A stretch of DNA of 61,723 bases, the filler included, from Chiloscyllium plagiosum (lineage: Eukaryota), in the NCBI RefSeq assembly GCF_004010195.1. It is 4 parts of one record of this genome, joined end to end, with 100 filler letters (N's around TTAATTAATTAA, not from the genome) between each part and the next. Parts side by side here need not be neighbours in the genome. Positions count along the whole stretch, not along the records: positions 20,244 to 51,373 come from NC_057714.1; 3 more parts are not named here. One strand, given 5' to 3'. Below, piece after piece: positions 25,794 through 37,459 of the stretch (positions within the stretch are counted from its first letter, which is position 1; each line of letters starts with the position of its first letter). The translations under genes were made by a program, and so were the position numbers. The notes under the pieces were generated by a model that was given only the letters and a program-made list of their open reading frames with translations, was not told the DNA's origin and did not search any database.

Positions 25794-25882
25794 TTAACAG
25801 ACGCACCATCTCAGAAATCAGTCTGGTAAACCTTTACTGCACTCCCTCTATGGCAGCTATGTTCTTCCCTCAACAAGGGGAC

Positions 25883-26104
25883 TTAAATAACTCAACAGAG
25901 ACTGGTATCCTATCACCAAGTTACCCTTTATTTATGCATGGAAAGTCTTTGACACTAATTCAGCTCCATCAGAGTCTCAAGATGTCTGACACTCTTGTTT
26001 TTATCTGTCAGCCAAGGCTCTTTGAGTGGACCAGCTTAACAGCCTCAATCAGGGAAGTCATAATCTATGAGGTCCACCTGGCTGACCTCGTTACAATCAC
26101 TACA
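25883..26104 (-). mobile_element. 222-bp solo LTR (Gypsy-like) with 5-bp TSD
   Basis: Minus strand starts TGTAGTGATTG and contains AATAAA; TSD gggac on both sides; the interrupted CR1 rejoins across it. Confidence 0.8.
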
Positions 26105-26874
26105 GGGACCAGAAATGCATACAATACTCAAGGTACTGCCTTACCAGTGTTCTATCCAAAAATCTTTGCGCCATTATTCAAAGCTTCTGGTAATAAAGGC
26201 TAACATACCATTTGTCTTCCAAATTGCTAGCTGTGCCTGCAAGCTCACTTTCAGTGAATGATAAACGAGGACATCTGGGCTCCCTGCTTTGGACATCAAC
26301 ACTTTCAAATTTTTTATCATTTAAGAAGTATTCTGATCCTTCATTTTTCTTACCAAAATAACCTCACACTCATCCACATTGTTTTTCATCTGTCATGCTG
26401 TTCCTCACTCATTCACTGTATTTAAATCTCTTTGAAGTTTCTCCACATCTTTCTCACAATTCATATTCCCACCAAGTTTTGTATTATCTAAAAACATGGA
26501 AATGTACCAAATTGCTCTCAATTCCAAATCGATGCTAGAGATTGTGACCAGCTGGCACCCAAACATTGATCCTTGAGTTACCCTACTGGTCACAGCATGC
26601 CAAGCTGAGATTGATCCATTTGTTCCTAATCTTTTATTTTGGTCTATTTACCAATCGCTAATCCACACTATAATATTTCCCCAACTATTGCATTTTAATT
26701 TTTTTATGCATGTCCTCTGTAGGACTTCTTAAAAATCCTACTGAAAACCCATCCACTGTCTCCCCTTGTCGGCTTTACTGTTATCATCCTCAATATACTC
26801 AATAAGGATTGTTGAATGATTTCCTCTTTATAAATCCAAGCTGATGCTGACCAACAATGGGTTTTTTTAAAAAT

Positions 26875-27165
26875 CCAGTGATCATATCCTTTATTATAGA
26901 TGCTTGTATTTTCATAATTTGAATTCAATAAAAAACAAACAAACTGGCATGAAGAGTCTGATGAGTCCATTGTCGATTGTCAGAAAAAACATATCAAGTT
27001 CACTAATGTTCTTTAGGGAAGGAAACTGCCATCCTTACCTGATTTGACCTAGATCTGACTCTAGACTAGCAGCAATGTGATTGACTCTTATCTGCTTTCC
27101 GGGCACTTAGCGATGGGCAATAAATACTGGTCTAGCCAGTACACCCACATCCTGAATGAATAGAA
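26875..27165 (+). mobile_element. Partial SINE (second family)
   Basis: ttagggaaggaaactgccatccttacctg...gatgggcaataaatactgg. Confidence 0.7.
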
Positions 27166-29509
27166 AAACTTACTACTAATATCAGGTCTGCTGTTCCCTG
27201 TTTTCTCTCTTATTTTTTAAACAATTGGGTTACATTTGTAATATTCCACGTTCCAATCTGCAAATACTATTGCAGAATTACTCTAACTTTGAAAGCTGAT
27301 CACCAATCCATCTACTAACTCTGTAGTGATCTCTTTCAACACTGTAGAATGAAGGTCATGGGGTCCCAGGGATTTGTTAACTTTCACTCTCATTAGTTTC
27401 TCCAATTCCACTTTATTAGTTACACCAATTTATTTCAGTTCCATATTCTCACTAGACTCTTGAATCTTAATTACTTCAGGGAGACTTCTTGTGTCTTCTT
27501 TGATGACAGATGTAGATTTCCTGTGAAGTTTGGTTGATTACTTCCAACTTTCTACTAAAATAATTGTTCAAAGTAATTTTTAAAAATAAAATTATGCTAG
27601 GATTCAACTTCAGGAGAATAAGAAGACTGCATAGTTCTTGGTGAGGGAGCTGCAATTGTGTATAACAGAAGCTATTTTGCAATGTTTGATTGTGTCTGGA
27701 AATTCAGTGACTGAGGAAAATCAGCATATTTTGAAATTTTGTTGATAAAAAAGTCCAGGCTGTTGAATTTAGCTTTGTATTATATTATGAAATTTGAGCT
27801 AATGTTGTCTGCCAGTTGAACAAATCAACTAATTTTCCACTTATCTGTGGAGATGCAAAACAGGATGCTGCTTTCCAACCAATTGTTTGACATGACTGAA
27901 TAAAGTCAACCCTCTTTTTGGGCAATTGCCATTTATAACAGTGACATTTCTTGCCAGAAGGTTGCAATGATTTGAAGGCCATTATTATAACAGCATAAGA
28001 CAAAGTGGGGAACTGAATTATTCATCCTAAAGTTTAATTAAAGCATTGACTACATCACAGCTCATTGTCAAAGGTTTCACTAAATATTTCTGATATTCGC
28101 GCACTTTAATGTCAATGTAGAAGAAATTTAGACAAATGTGACAAGGCAAACGTACATGGAAGTACTATTTCCAGTGACAGAGGCTGTTTGTTGGGAGCAT
28201 AATATGACTTCTGTAGCTTCATTAAGAGGAAACAGCACTGTCTATGTCACTGCACCTGCGCTGGGTAATACTCCTAACAAGGGTTAATTGTAAGGTTAAT
28301 ACAATGATGTAGCCCTATTACCCAACAGCTGTGGGTGATATTTCAGCAAAAACATTCACACATGCAACTAATTTGGAACAAAACCAAACAAAGGAAGCCT
28401 TTAAAATCGAGGACCAGAAGAGCAGTAATTGTGCGTGTGGTTGAAATCCTCATAATTATGTCTCAACAGAAGCATTTCCTCTTGTTGCATGAGTTACATT
28501 TACCACTAATAGACAGCTACTTGCCTGTGAATTAAAACCAGATTGGGGGGCGACAATTCTAGTTTTACATGCTCTTCATGTGCCTGACAGCTAACAGGCA
28601 GCGTATTACTCCTTTCCTCCTTCCAAAGTTTGCCACAATCAATTCCTCATGAATTGCATGTGAACAAAAGCATGAAACATACCACCAAAACCTGCTTTTG
28701 ACTTGTCAAAGATGTTTTATCCCAGAGAACCTTAAGACAGTATATTATTATTTGTGAGAAGAGGATTGATGACTTTTATTTGATGATCACTTGATACTCA
28801 TCCTGTTCTGTCTATTTCAAATAATAGCTTGTCTGCCAGATCCGAGTTTTAAAGATGGAGGCTACTTCTAAAATATTGACTTGTCTTATCAAATCCAAAT
28901 GGACATATTGATCTGTTTTCAGCATTTTTCTGCTTTTATTGCAAATTTCCAGCAAATGGAATTGTAGGTTTTGTTTTTGTTTTCATCATTCAGTTCACTG
29001 TCACATTTTATCCCTCCAGTAATTTTAACCTTGAAGAAGTTCTGTTCCACTTTTGATTGTCTCCTATACGCTTTCATTCTTTCTTTTTCTTTATTGTGAT
29101 TGTCTTTTTGTCAAAACCCAGTACCACAACTGAGTCCTTTGCTGGACACTTACCTCCCAGCACAGACTTCAAGCCAGTGGATTCCAGCTGAACTTAACCA
29201 TTCCATTTCCTCATCTATTCAACATCAGTAATATTTCATGCCCCTTCAGTCACTGCTCTTAGCACTACATGAAGTCAACTCTATCAGCTACGCACTACTT
29301 CATTTTTTTCACTGTCTTCCTCTGAAGAGTTGTATCGACACATTTTATTAAGTAGCCATTCTGATCCAAATCCATATAATTCTATATTTATCAATTGCCC
29401 AATCATTTGGTTTTCATTTTATCATGAATGACAAAGTCAAGCAACTTCAGAGTGCTGCTAAATCCTTTAATCACTCATCCTCCCTCCTTCACTTCCTTCT
29501 GAAACAATC

Positions 29510-30395
29510 TATGAGGTTAAACAGTAAAATAAAACAGACTGTAAGAGCTTCTTTAAATATATAACAGGGAAGAAAGAGACCCAAGTAAACATAGGGCCAT
29601 TAAAGAATAAAGCTGGAGAAATATTAATGGGGAATACGGGAATGGTTGAGGAGTTGATTAAATACTTTGTGCCAGTCTTCATTTAGAAGATGATGATGGT
29701 ATTCAACAATTATTAGTTGAGGGCTAAAAGTGTGCATGTGTGGGTGGAATAAATACAATATCTATCACAAGGGAAAAAGGTATTAGGGAAACTGAAGGGA
29801 ACGTAGGTAAATAGGTCCCCTGAACCTGATGGTCTGCAATAAAGGAGATAATAGATGCACTGGTAGCAATTTTTCAAGACTACTTAGATTCTGGAAAAAT
29901 CCCAAGTTTTTGGAAACCTGGCAATATAATACCCTTATTCAAACAATAAGGAAGGAGAACATAAAACAGATAAAACAGGTAACTAGGGGTCAGTTAGTTT
30001 CATATCTGTTCCAGGCAAATGTGAAAGTCTATCATAAAAAATGTAATAACAGAACTATGTAATATAATCACACGGAGTCAGCACAGCTTTGTGAACATGA
30101 AATCACGTTTGATAAATTTCAGTTCTTTGAGAAGTTAACAAGCAGGATAGATAAACAGAAACTAGTAGTATATTTGGATAAGGTACTTTCATAAGCTTAC
30201 TGAATACAATGCAATTCCATAGTGTTGTGAGTAATATATTAGCATAGATAGAGAACTGGCTAACTAATAGATGACAGACAATTGAGATAAAGGTTACATT
30301 TCCAGATTGGCAACCTATAACTAGAGTGCTACAGGGCTAAGTTCAGGGGTCACAAACATTCACAATATATGCAAATGATTTGGATGAGAAAGTAA
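29510..30395 (+). mobile_element. Old CR1 ORF2 central fragment
   Basis: Decayed FFKYI, ELIKYFVPVF, RSPEPDGL and SQHSFV motifs. Confidence 0.75.
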
Positions 30396-30399
30396 TTTA

Positions 30400-31512
30400 C
30401 AGTCCGCAGCTACACTGGCACCACCCCCCACCTTTTCCTCCGCTACATCGATGATTGTATTGGCACTACCTCGTGCTCCCAAGAGGAGGTTGAACAGTTC
30501 GTCCACTTTACTAACACCTTCCACCCTGACCTCAAATTCACCTGGACCATCTCAGACCCCTCCCTTCCCTTCCTAGACCTCTCCATTTCTATCTTGGGCG
30601 ACCGACTCAACACAGACATTTACTACAAACCGACTGACTCCCACAGCTACCTAGATTACACCTCCTCCCACCCTGCCTCCTGTAAAAACGCCATCCCATA
30701 TTCCCAATTCCTTCGCCTCCGCCGCATCTGCTCCCAGAAAGACCAATTCCAATACCGAACAATCTAAATGGCCTCCTTCTTCAAAGACCGCAATTTTCCC
30801 CTTCGACATGGTCGACGATGTTCTCCACTGCATCTCCTCCACTTCCCGCACCTCCGCCCTTGAACCCCGCTCCTCCAATCGCCACCAGGACAGAACCCCA
30901 TTGGTCCTCACCTTCCACCCTACCAACCTCCGGATACATCGTATCATCCTCCGTCATTTCCTCCACCTCCAGACAGACCCCACCACCAAGGATATATTTC
31001 CCTCTACACCCCTATCAGCATTCAGGAGAGACCACTCCCTCCGCAACTCCCTCGTCCCCTCCCACACCGCCAAGGACATGCAGGTCCTTGGCCCCCTCCA
31101 TCACCAGACCCTGACCACATGATGCCTGGACGAAGAGCGCCTCATCTTCCGCCTCGGAACCCTCCAACCACACGGGATGAATGTAGATTTCTCCAGCTTC
31201 GTCATTTCCCCTCCCCCCACCTTTTCTCAGTCCCAACCCTCTGACTCAGCACCGCCCTCTTCGCCTGCAATCTTCTTCCCGACCTCTCCGCCCCCACCCC
31301 CTCTCCGGCCTATCACCATCACCCTCACCTCCTTCCACCTATCGTATTACCAGCGCCCCTCCCCCAAATTCCCTCCCCACTACCTTTTATCTCAGCCCAC
31401 TTGGCACACCAGCCTCATTCCTGAAGAAGGGCTTATGCCCGAAACGTCGATTCTCCTGCTCCTCGGATGCTGCCTGGCCTGCTGTGTTTATCCAGCACCA
31501 CATTTTTCAAAT
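30400..31512 (+). mobile_element. PLE family A: RT C-terminus, internally deleted endonuclease, pLTR
   Basis: PHLFLRYIDD; KPTDSHSYLDYTSSHP; EERLIFRLGTLQPHGMN; intact hammerhead core. Confidence 0.92.
31417..31452 (+). ncRNA. Minimal type-I hammerhead ribozyme motif (best-preserved family A copy)
   Basis: attc-CTGAAGA-a-GGGC-ttat-GCCC-GAAA-cg-TC^gatt; predicted cleavage after 31448; palindromic ACGT in place of helix III; activity not shown. Confidence 0.75.
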
Positions 31513-31744
31513 CAGATTCCTTAGCCACTTAGATCAAATTTAGATCTTTTTAACTACAAGCGTGCAATGCTATCGCTTAGATGATCCCTGGAAGCTTCAA
31601 ACTTCAACCGAAAAATTGCCATTTACCACCAGTGGGTGAACTTATTCTAATTTATGATGTGGTGGAGCCGGTGTTGTTCTGGAGTGGACAAAGTTAAAAA
31701 TCATGCAACACCAAGTTATAGTCCAACAGGTTTATTTGCTAGTA

Positions 31745-32095
31745 CAGGTAGACAATCCTTTGTCCAAAATCCCAAAATCCAAAAAGCGCCGAAATCTGAA
31801 GATCTTTTTCATTTAGTTTTTTTTCTCATTGACAAGGTTGCTTGCTGTGCAAACAGTTAGCCCAACTCCACACCCACTTGACCACATCACTCAGATGCGA
31901 TGTGGGGCCGTGATCCAGCACAGGCAGGCATCAATTCTGTCTCAGGGCCCAAAGTACTCACAAGTGCATCTGCAGTTCAGTAAGATTTTTTTTTTAAATT
32001 TCATCGTTAGACTCTCAATTATTCCAAAATCTGAAAAATGACAAATTCTGAAAACCAGCTGGTCCCGAGGGTTTGGATAAAGGATGCTGTACCTG
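31745..32095. mobile_element. 351-bp Tc1-mariner (pogo/Tigger-like) MITE
   Basis: TA-CAGGTAGACAATCCTTTGTCCAAA ... TTTGGATAAAGGATGCTGTACCTG-TA: imperfect TIRs and TA TSD. Confidence 0.82.
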
Positions 32096-32717
32096 TACTA
32101 GCTTTCGGAGTGCTGTTCCTCCATCAGATAGGTGTGGAGCAGGATCATAAGACACAGAACCTTTAGCAAAAGGTCACAGTGTCATGAAACAGATACAATA
32201 TTTTGAACAAACCTAGATTGCTGTTAAGTATTTCATCTTAATAGAATGGGTTGCAGATTTAATATGTAAATTCCTAGACCTTCTTTCAACTCACATTCTC
32301 AAGATAACTAACTTAATGTTTTATTAAAAAAGGTGACATCTCAGCCCAGATAATGCATTAAAGGTGTGAGGTTAGAGTCTGTCTGTATCATAGTCTTGAG
32401 TCAGACTGGTTCTATTTCAAAGTAGGAATTTATAAAATGTTACATGGATTGACTGCCTGCAGATTGTGTGCTTTTTGAGCAAAATAGAATGTATCTGCAA
32501 ATACAATTCTACAAATGCAAATGCACTTATATGTGTGTGTGCATGCATGTGAGGGGGAGAGAGAGAGACACTCTGTGAATGTATATGAGTGGGGATGGGG
32601 AGAGAGTGTGAGTGTGTGCATGTGAGTGTGAGTACATGTGAGAGTGTGTGTTCACGTGTGTGCGTGCTTGGTAGAGTGTGTGTGTGAGGAGGACAGAGTA
32701 TATGCCTATATGCCTAT

Positions 32718-33035
32718 GGGTGGCACGGTGGCACAGTGGTTAGCACTGCTGCCTCACAGCGCCAGAGACCTGGGTTCAATTCCCGCCTCAGGCGATTGTC
32801 TGTGTGGAGTTTGCACGTTCTCCCAGTGTCTGCGTGGGTTTCCTCCGGGTGCTCCGGTTTCCTCCCACAGTCCAAAGATGTGCAGGTCAGGTGAATTGGC
32901 CATGCTAAATTGCCCGTAGTGTTAGGTAAAGGGGTAAATGTAGGGGAATGGGTGGGTTGCGCTTCGGCGGGTCGGTGTGGACTTGTTGGGCCGAAGGGCC
33001 TGTTTCCACACTGTAAGTAATCTAATCTAATCTAA
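32718..33035 (+). mobile_element. HE1-type SINE
   Basis: Same head and tail as 17562-17886. Confidence 0.93.
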
Positions 33036-33863
33036 AAGAGAGTGTGTGCATGGGTGTAGGTGTGGCAGTGTACATGTGTGTATCTGAGAGAGAGCATGTG
33101 TATGAAAGAGGGCCTGGATGAATGTGTGAGTATGTAAGTGTGTGTGTTTGAGTGAGAGTGTGTAGTCTAGTGGGCTTACGTGTGGTGTGACATGTGGTAC
33201 CCATGAGGATGACCTCAACAGGAACCTTGGGTTCATGTCACACTACAGGTGACCCCACTACACGATACATAGATACATGCATACACATACACACGCAAAT
33301 CATCTCTCATGCATACATTCTCTGAGATATACACATACACACCCAACACTCACACCCATGCACACACCCTCTGAAAGACTGATACTCAGTCACACTGACT
33401 CACACTCTCACAAGCACTCACACTCTCTCCCAAACACACACACACATGAACACACACGTATATAAGTCTATGGGGTGGATTTGCATTTGTAAAATTGTTA
33501 TTGCAGATAAACTCTATTTTGTTCAAAAAGGGTGCAATCTGCAGGCAGTCAATCCATGTAACATTTTATAAATTCCTACTTTGGAAATAGAACCAGTCTG
33601 ACTCAAGTTTGGGACCAACAGACTCGAATCTTTAATGCATTGTCTGAGCTGAGATGTCACCTTTCTGTTATAAAACATTAAGTTATCTTGAGAATGTGAC
33701 TTGAAAGAAGTTCTTACAAGTCACATTCTCAAGATAACTGAACTAAAACCTGCAACTCCTTCCAAAAGATGAAAAATGTAACAGCAATCTTGATTTGTTC
33801 AATATATTGTATCACTGTGATCTTTTGCTATACATTCTGTGCCTTATTAACCTGTTCCACAAC

Positions 33864-33899
33864 CACCTGATGAAGGAGCAGTGCACTGAAAGCTAGTAC
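33864..33899 (+). ncRNA. Family B hammerhead motif (decayed)
   Basis: cac-CTGATGA-a-GGAGCagtGCACT-GAAA-gc-TA^gta. Confidence 0.6.
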
Positions 33900-34644
33900 T
33901 TTCAAATAAACCTGTTGGACTATAACCTGGTGTTGTGTGATTTTTAACTTTATTATAACTTGCAACCCTTACTTTTCAAAAAATAATTCATTTCATTTCC
34001 ACATGATAAAATGTGTGGATTTAGAGCTTGATCCAGGATCTCATTCATCTCTGTTGTGGATATAACCAACTTGCGTGGTTTCAACATTATCAAGGGCACC
34101 TCATGAAATTCAGTTTTTGTTACATTGGTAATTCTGTTGGTGTCAGTTCTTCATGTCACTTCAGACTGGAAGATTTCATGGACTGTTGTCCAATCTCCAC
34201 TCAGCCCCTAATCTCTATTCCATCCATTTCTTGCACTTTCTTGTCCTTCTTTGACTTAGTTCCTTCCACCTTAAACAACTGCTTTAGCCAAACGTTTATT
34301 TATTCTTCCCAACACCTGCTTCTCAAACTTTATTCATGTCTCATCAAGCCCTTATAAAGTGTCATGAGTATTTTTTCTCAGTTAATACCACATTAAAATG
34401 GAAGTTATTTTATTGTTATGGTGGGTTATAATTCATGCCTCATTGAGATGACTATTTCTCATGTTGTCCTTAAGCAATAGAACTATTCAACCACAGGCAT
34501 TGTTAATCCAGAACTTGAACTCAGTCTTCTCTCTCTTCGTTGTTTCCTGCCAAGACTCACTTCTGTGGGATTCTGCAAAATTGGTGAAAATCAAGAGAAA
34601 TAAATAGTTCGAGAAATATATACAGTAATGGATTGTTAACTTAC

Positions 34645-34746
34645 TATGCATCAAATCATAATAGAGGCCAGATTTCTGTTCTCCTTCAACAAACATTTGC
34701 CTTGTCAACTGTATGAAATTTCTATCTTGAGCTATCAGTGCATAAC
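34645..34746 (-). CDS. Candidate internal coding exon of an unidentified host gene (102 nt, phase 1-1)
   Basis: Acceptor ctctggtttgttttccag|G, donor A|gtaagt; only one open frame: (x)YALIAQDRNFIQLTRQMFVEGEQKSGLYYDLMH; unique sequence. Confidence 0.5.
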
Positions 34747-35519
34747 CTGGAAAACAAACCAGAGACCAGCATGGACTGGATGATTCAATTCCACATAAAG
34801 CAGTGTGCAAAACAATTGAGCCTTTGAAGGAAGTTACTTTGTAATCCACTTTACAAGTAGCTTTGTCATAAACCAACGGTCTTCAGTTCAGAATGGCTCC
34901 AACTCCCACAGCTAGATTATTGACAGCATTTGTTTGGGTTTTTAATACAATATACATTAAAGTGTTCTTTGTTTCCACTTGCATATGGGAGGAGCAAGGC
35001 TGAACTGCCTCCCTAGTGTGAGCATTACCTTCAGTAGGGTATTTGTATTTGATGTGACCATGCTTTGTGAAGTCGACCCGATGGGCCGAATGGCCTTACT
35101 TCCATTCCTTTGCCTTACGGTTTTCTGGTTTTATGTTAGCTCTAGTAACGTCAGAACTAGAGTTGGGTAGGGGCTACCAAAACAACTTTATTACAGTTCC
35201 CAGTATATAAATATAGTCCCAGGCACTCTAATGTTTGTGCCAGCATTAAATTATTTAATTAGAAAGAGCCACATGCTTTGACCATTTTCTCTTGCTTCCA
35301 GAAAACAATGATACCTCTAAGATGTGTGGCTTCATGCATGCACAGCTGCTCCAACCTTCTGTGCATGGCAATTGGTATATCGGCATGGATCCATCTGGAA
35401 CTCAGGAGAAAAGTACTTAGAGGGATCGCTGCAAGGGGACTTCAGTGAAGATGGAGACGTGATATCCATTCCCTCAGATCACATGCTATGATACAGTGAT
35501 GATATCATGTGCATGTGTT

Positions 35520-36040
35520 CTTAAAGATATAAGTAAGGAAGTCTTACTATAAGGTAAGCACAGGACCACATTTAGATGACTGTGAGCTGTTTTGTTCCCT
35601 TATAAGCAAAGACTTAATAGGTTAGGATGCAACTGATTGGAATCTAGAAGAATGAGAGGTGATTGCATTGAAACATATAGCATTCTTAAGGGACTTGACA
35701 GGGAAAATTCTGAGAGCATATTTCCCCTCAAAGAAGAGTGGAGGACTGAGAGTTATGGTCTCAGAATAAAGGGATGCCAATTTAAGAGTGAGATTAGGAG
35801 AAATTTATTTTCTCAGTAAGTTGTGTGTCGTTGGAACTTCTTGCCAAAAAGAGTTTTTGGAGTGGAGTCCTTGTGTATATTTAAGGCTGAGGTAGATAAT
35901 TTCTTGATCAGTAAGGAAATCAAGGATTACAGGGAAAATGGACTTGAGGAATGTTGGGATCAGCCAGGAACCTATTGAATCACTGAGCAGTGTTGCGACA
36001 CTGAGCATCTGTTCCTGTTCCTATTTCTTAAGGTCTTACG
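35520..36040 (+). mobile_element. Old CR1 3' end
   Basis: ESRRMRGDCIETYSILKGLDR...RRNLFSQ. Confidence 0.85.
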
Positions 36041-36589
36041 ATATACTTAAATACTAACTGTGAGACAAAATAGACCGCCCTTTTCTAATGACTAGAAAAC
36101 TTACCACAGTTAGACGTGCGTGCTTGTACATAGGCACATGATGTCAATTCAATAATTTTACAGTCAGGTAAATCAAGTTCATTGCTTGAATAACTCTAAT
36201 TCCGTAAAAGTATTATTGGCTGCCTTATCCATAATTAAGTGTTTGCCCTATAATTCTTGTTCTTATTTTTTGTTTTTGTTCGAACTAAAATATAAGTTTT
36301 GTTTGTTTCACTGAGTTTATATTACTTTTTCTGCTTCAACTTGTATTTCTTATGGCTCTCCTTTATTGAGGCCTAGTTGTACAATAGACTTATCAGTAAA
36401 AACAGCAGGCTTTTAATTGCAGAGCTTTGTAGTTATGCCACAAGTAGCCTTTGATAGTCTTTATGTATTTTTAAGTTAGAAAGCAAAATGTCCATTCATT
36501 TTCTTTTACTAAAGAGTGAAAGCTCTGCTAATTTGGAATAACTTTGATACTAAACAGAAAGAAAGTAGCTCTGCAATCTGATTAAAAAC

Positions 36590-36690
36590 TAAAAGAACTG
36601 AGAAAGGGTCACTGGACCTAAAACTTAAACTTTGATTTCTCTTCACAGATCTGCTGAGCTTTTCCAGCAATGTTTTTTTTGTTTCTGCAT
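36590..36690 (+). mobile_element. PLE family C pLTR fragment
   Basis: ctgagaaagggtcactggacctaaaac. Confidence 0.55.
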
Positions 36691-36906
36691 ACTAATTGGT
36701 TAGCGTGCAGCTCTCTATTTACTGAATTGGTGTTGTTAATTGTATGAATATTTTGATGTCCAGGAATGTTGCCTAGTTGATCTTCAATGATGTTTGCACA
36801 TCTTTACCACTGAGATTGTAAACTCTTTTATCATGGCTACTGCTCCTAGTCATGAGTTACCATCATAGTGTGATCTTTGCCTCAAGTAGGATACTGATAC
36901 CTGGTG

Positions 36907-37104
36907 GGAAAAAGTGAGGACTGCAGGTGCTGGAGACCAGAGTTGAAAAATGTGGTGCTGGAAAAGCACAGCAGGCCAGGCAGCATCCAAGGAGAATCGA
37001 TGTTTCGGGCATAAGCCCTTCTTCAGGAATGAGGCTGGTGTGCCAAGCGGGCTGAGATAAAAGGTGGTGGTGGGGGGAGAATTTGGGGGAGGGGCACTGG
37101 GAAT
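36907..37104 (-). mobile_element. PLE family A pLTR insertion with 12-bp TSD
   Basis: TSD tgatacctggtg at 36895-36906 and 37105-37116. Confidence 0.88.
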
Positions 37105-37459
37105 TGATACCTGGTGCACAAATACTTATGATAGCTCCAATAGCATAAGCACTAGATGTGGGTAACATGTTTAACAGATGTTTAAAACTCTTCCTGATTT
37201 GTACAAATATTGCAGGCGCAGACATTTCAGTTTATGGGCCAATGTTAAATTTTGTGGTTACGTTTCCACCAATATGTCATGATTGAAAGAGCCACAGTTA
37301 AGGTGGAGTTTGAGACTTTTATTGATTGGACTCCAATGTAGAGTGATGCCAAGAGCATGTGTTCAATTCCCATACCAGCTGAGGTCACCATGAAAGTTCT
37401 AACTTCTCAAACTCACACCCTTGTCAGAGGCATGGTGATGCTGAAGTTAAATTCCCATA

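Larger units (their letters stand above)
21835..27530 (-). mobile_element. Old CR1 LINE, split by nested insertions
   Basis: Collinear minus-strand pieces at 21835-22158, 25380-25435, 25795-25882, 26105-26870 and 27170-27530 (e.g. TSRVTQGSMFG, FLDNTKLGG). Confidence 0.75.
31655..33950. mobile_element. PLE family B tails-out inverted insertion (left arm minus to ~33195, right arm plus), with CA-rich spacers
   Basis: Arms are reverse complements; the right arm starts with the endonuclease C-terminus GTHEDDLNRNLGFMSHY; hosts a MITE and an HE1 SINE. Confidence 0.85.

Noticed and set aside
35300..35450. Strong plus-strand acceptor ttttctcttgcttccag
   Set aside because: No good donor, and no recognisable peptide in any frame.
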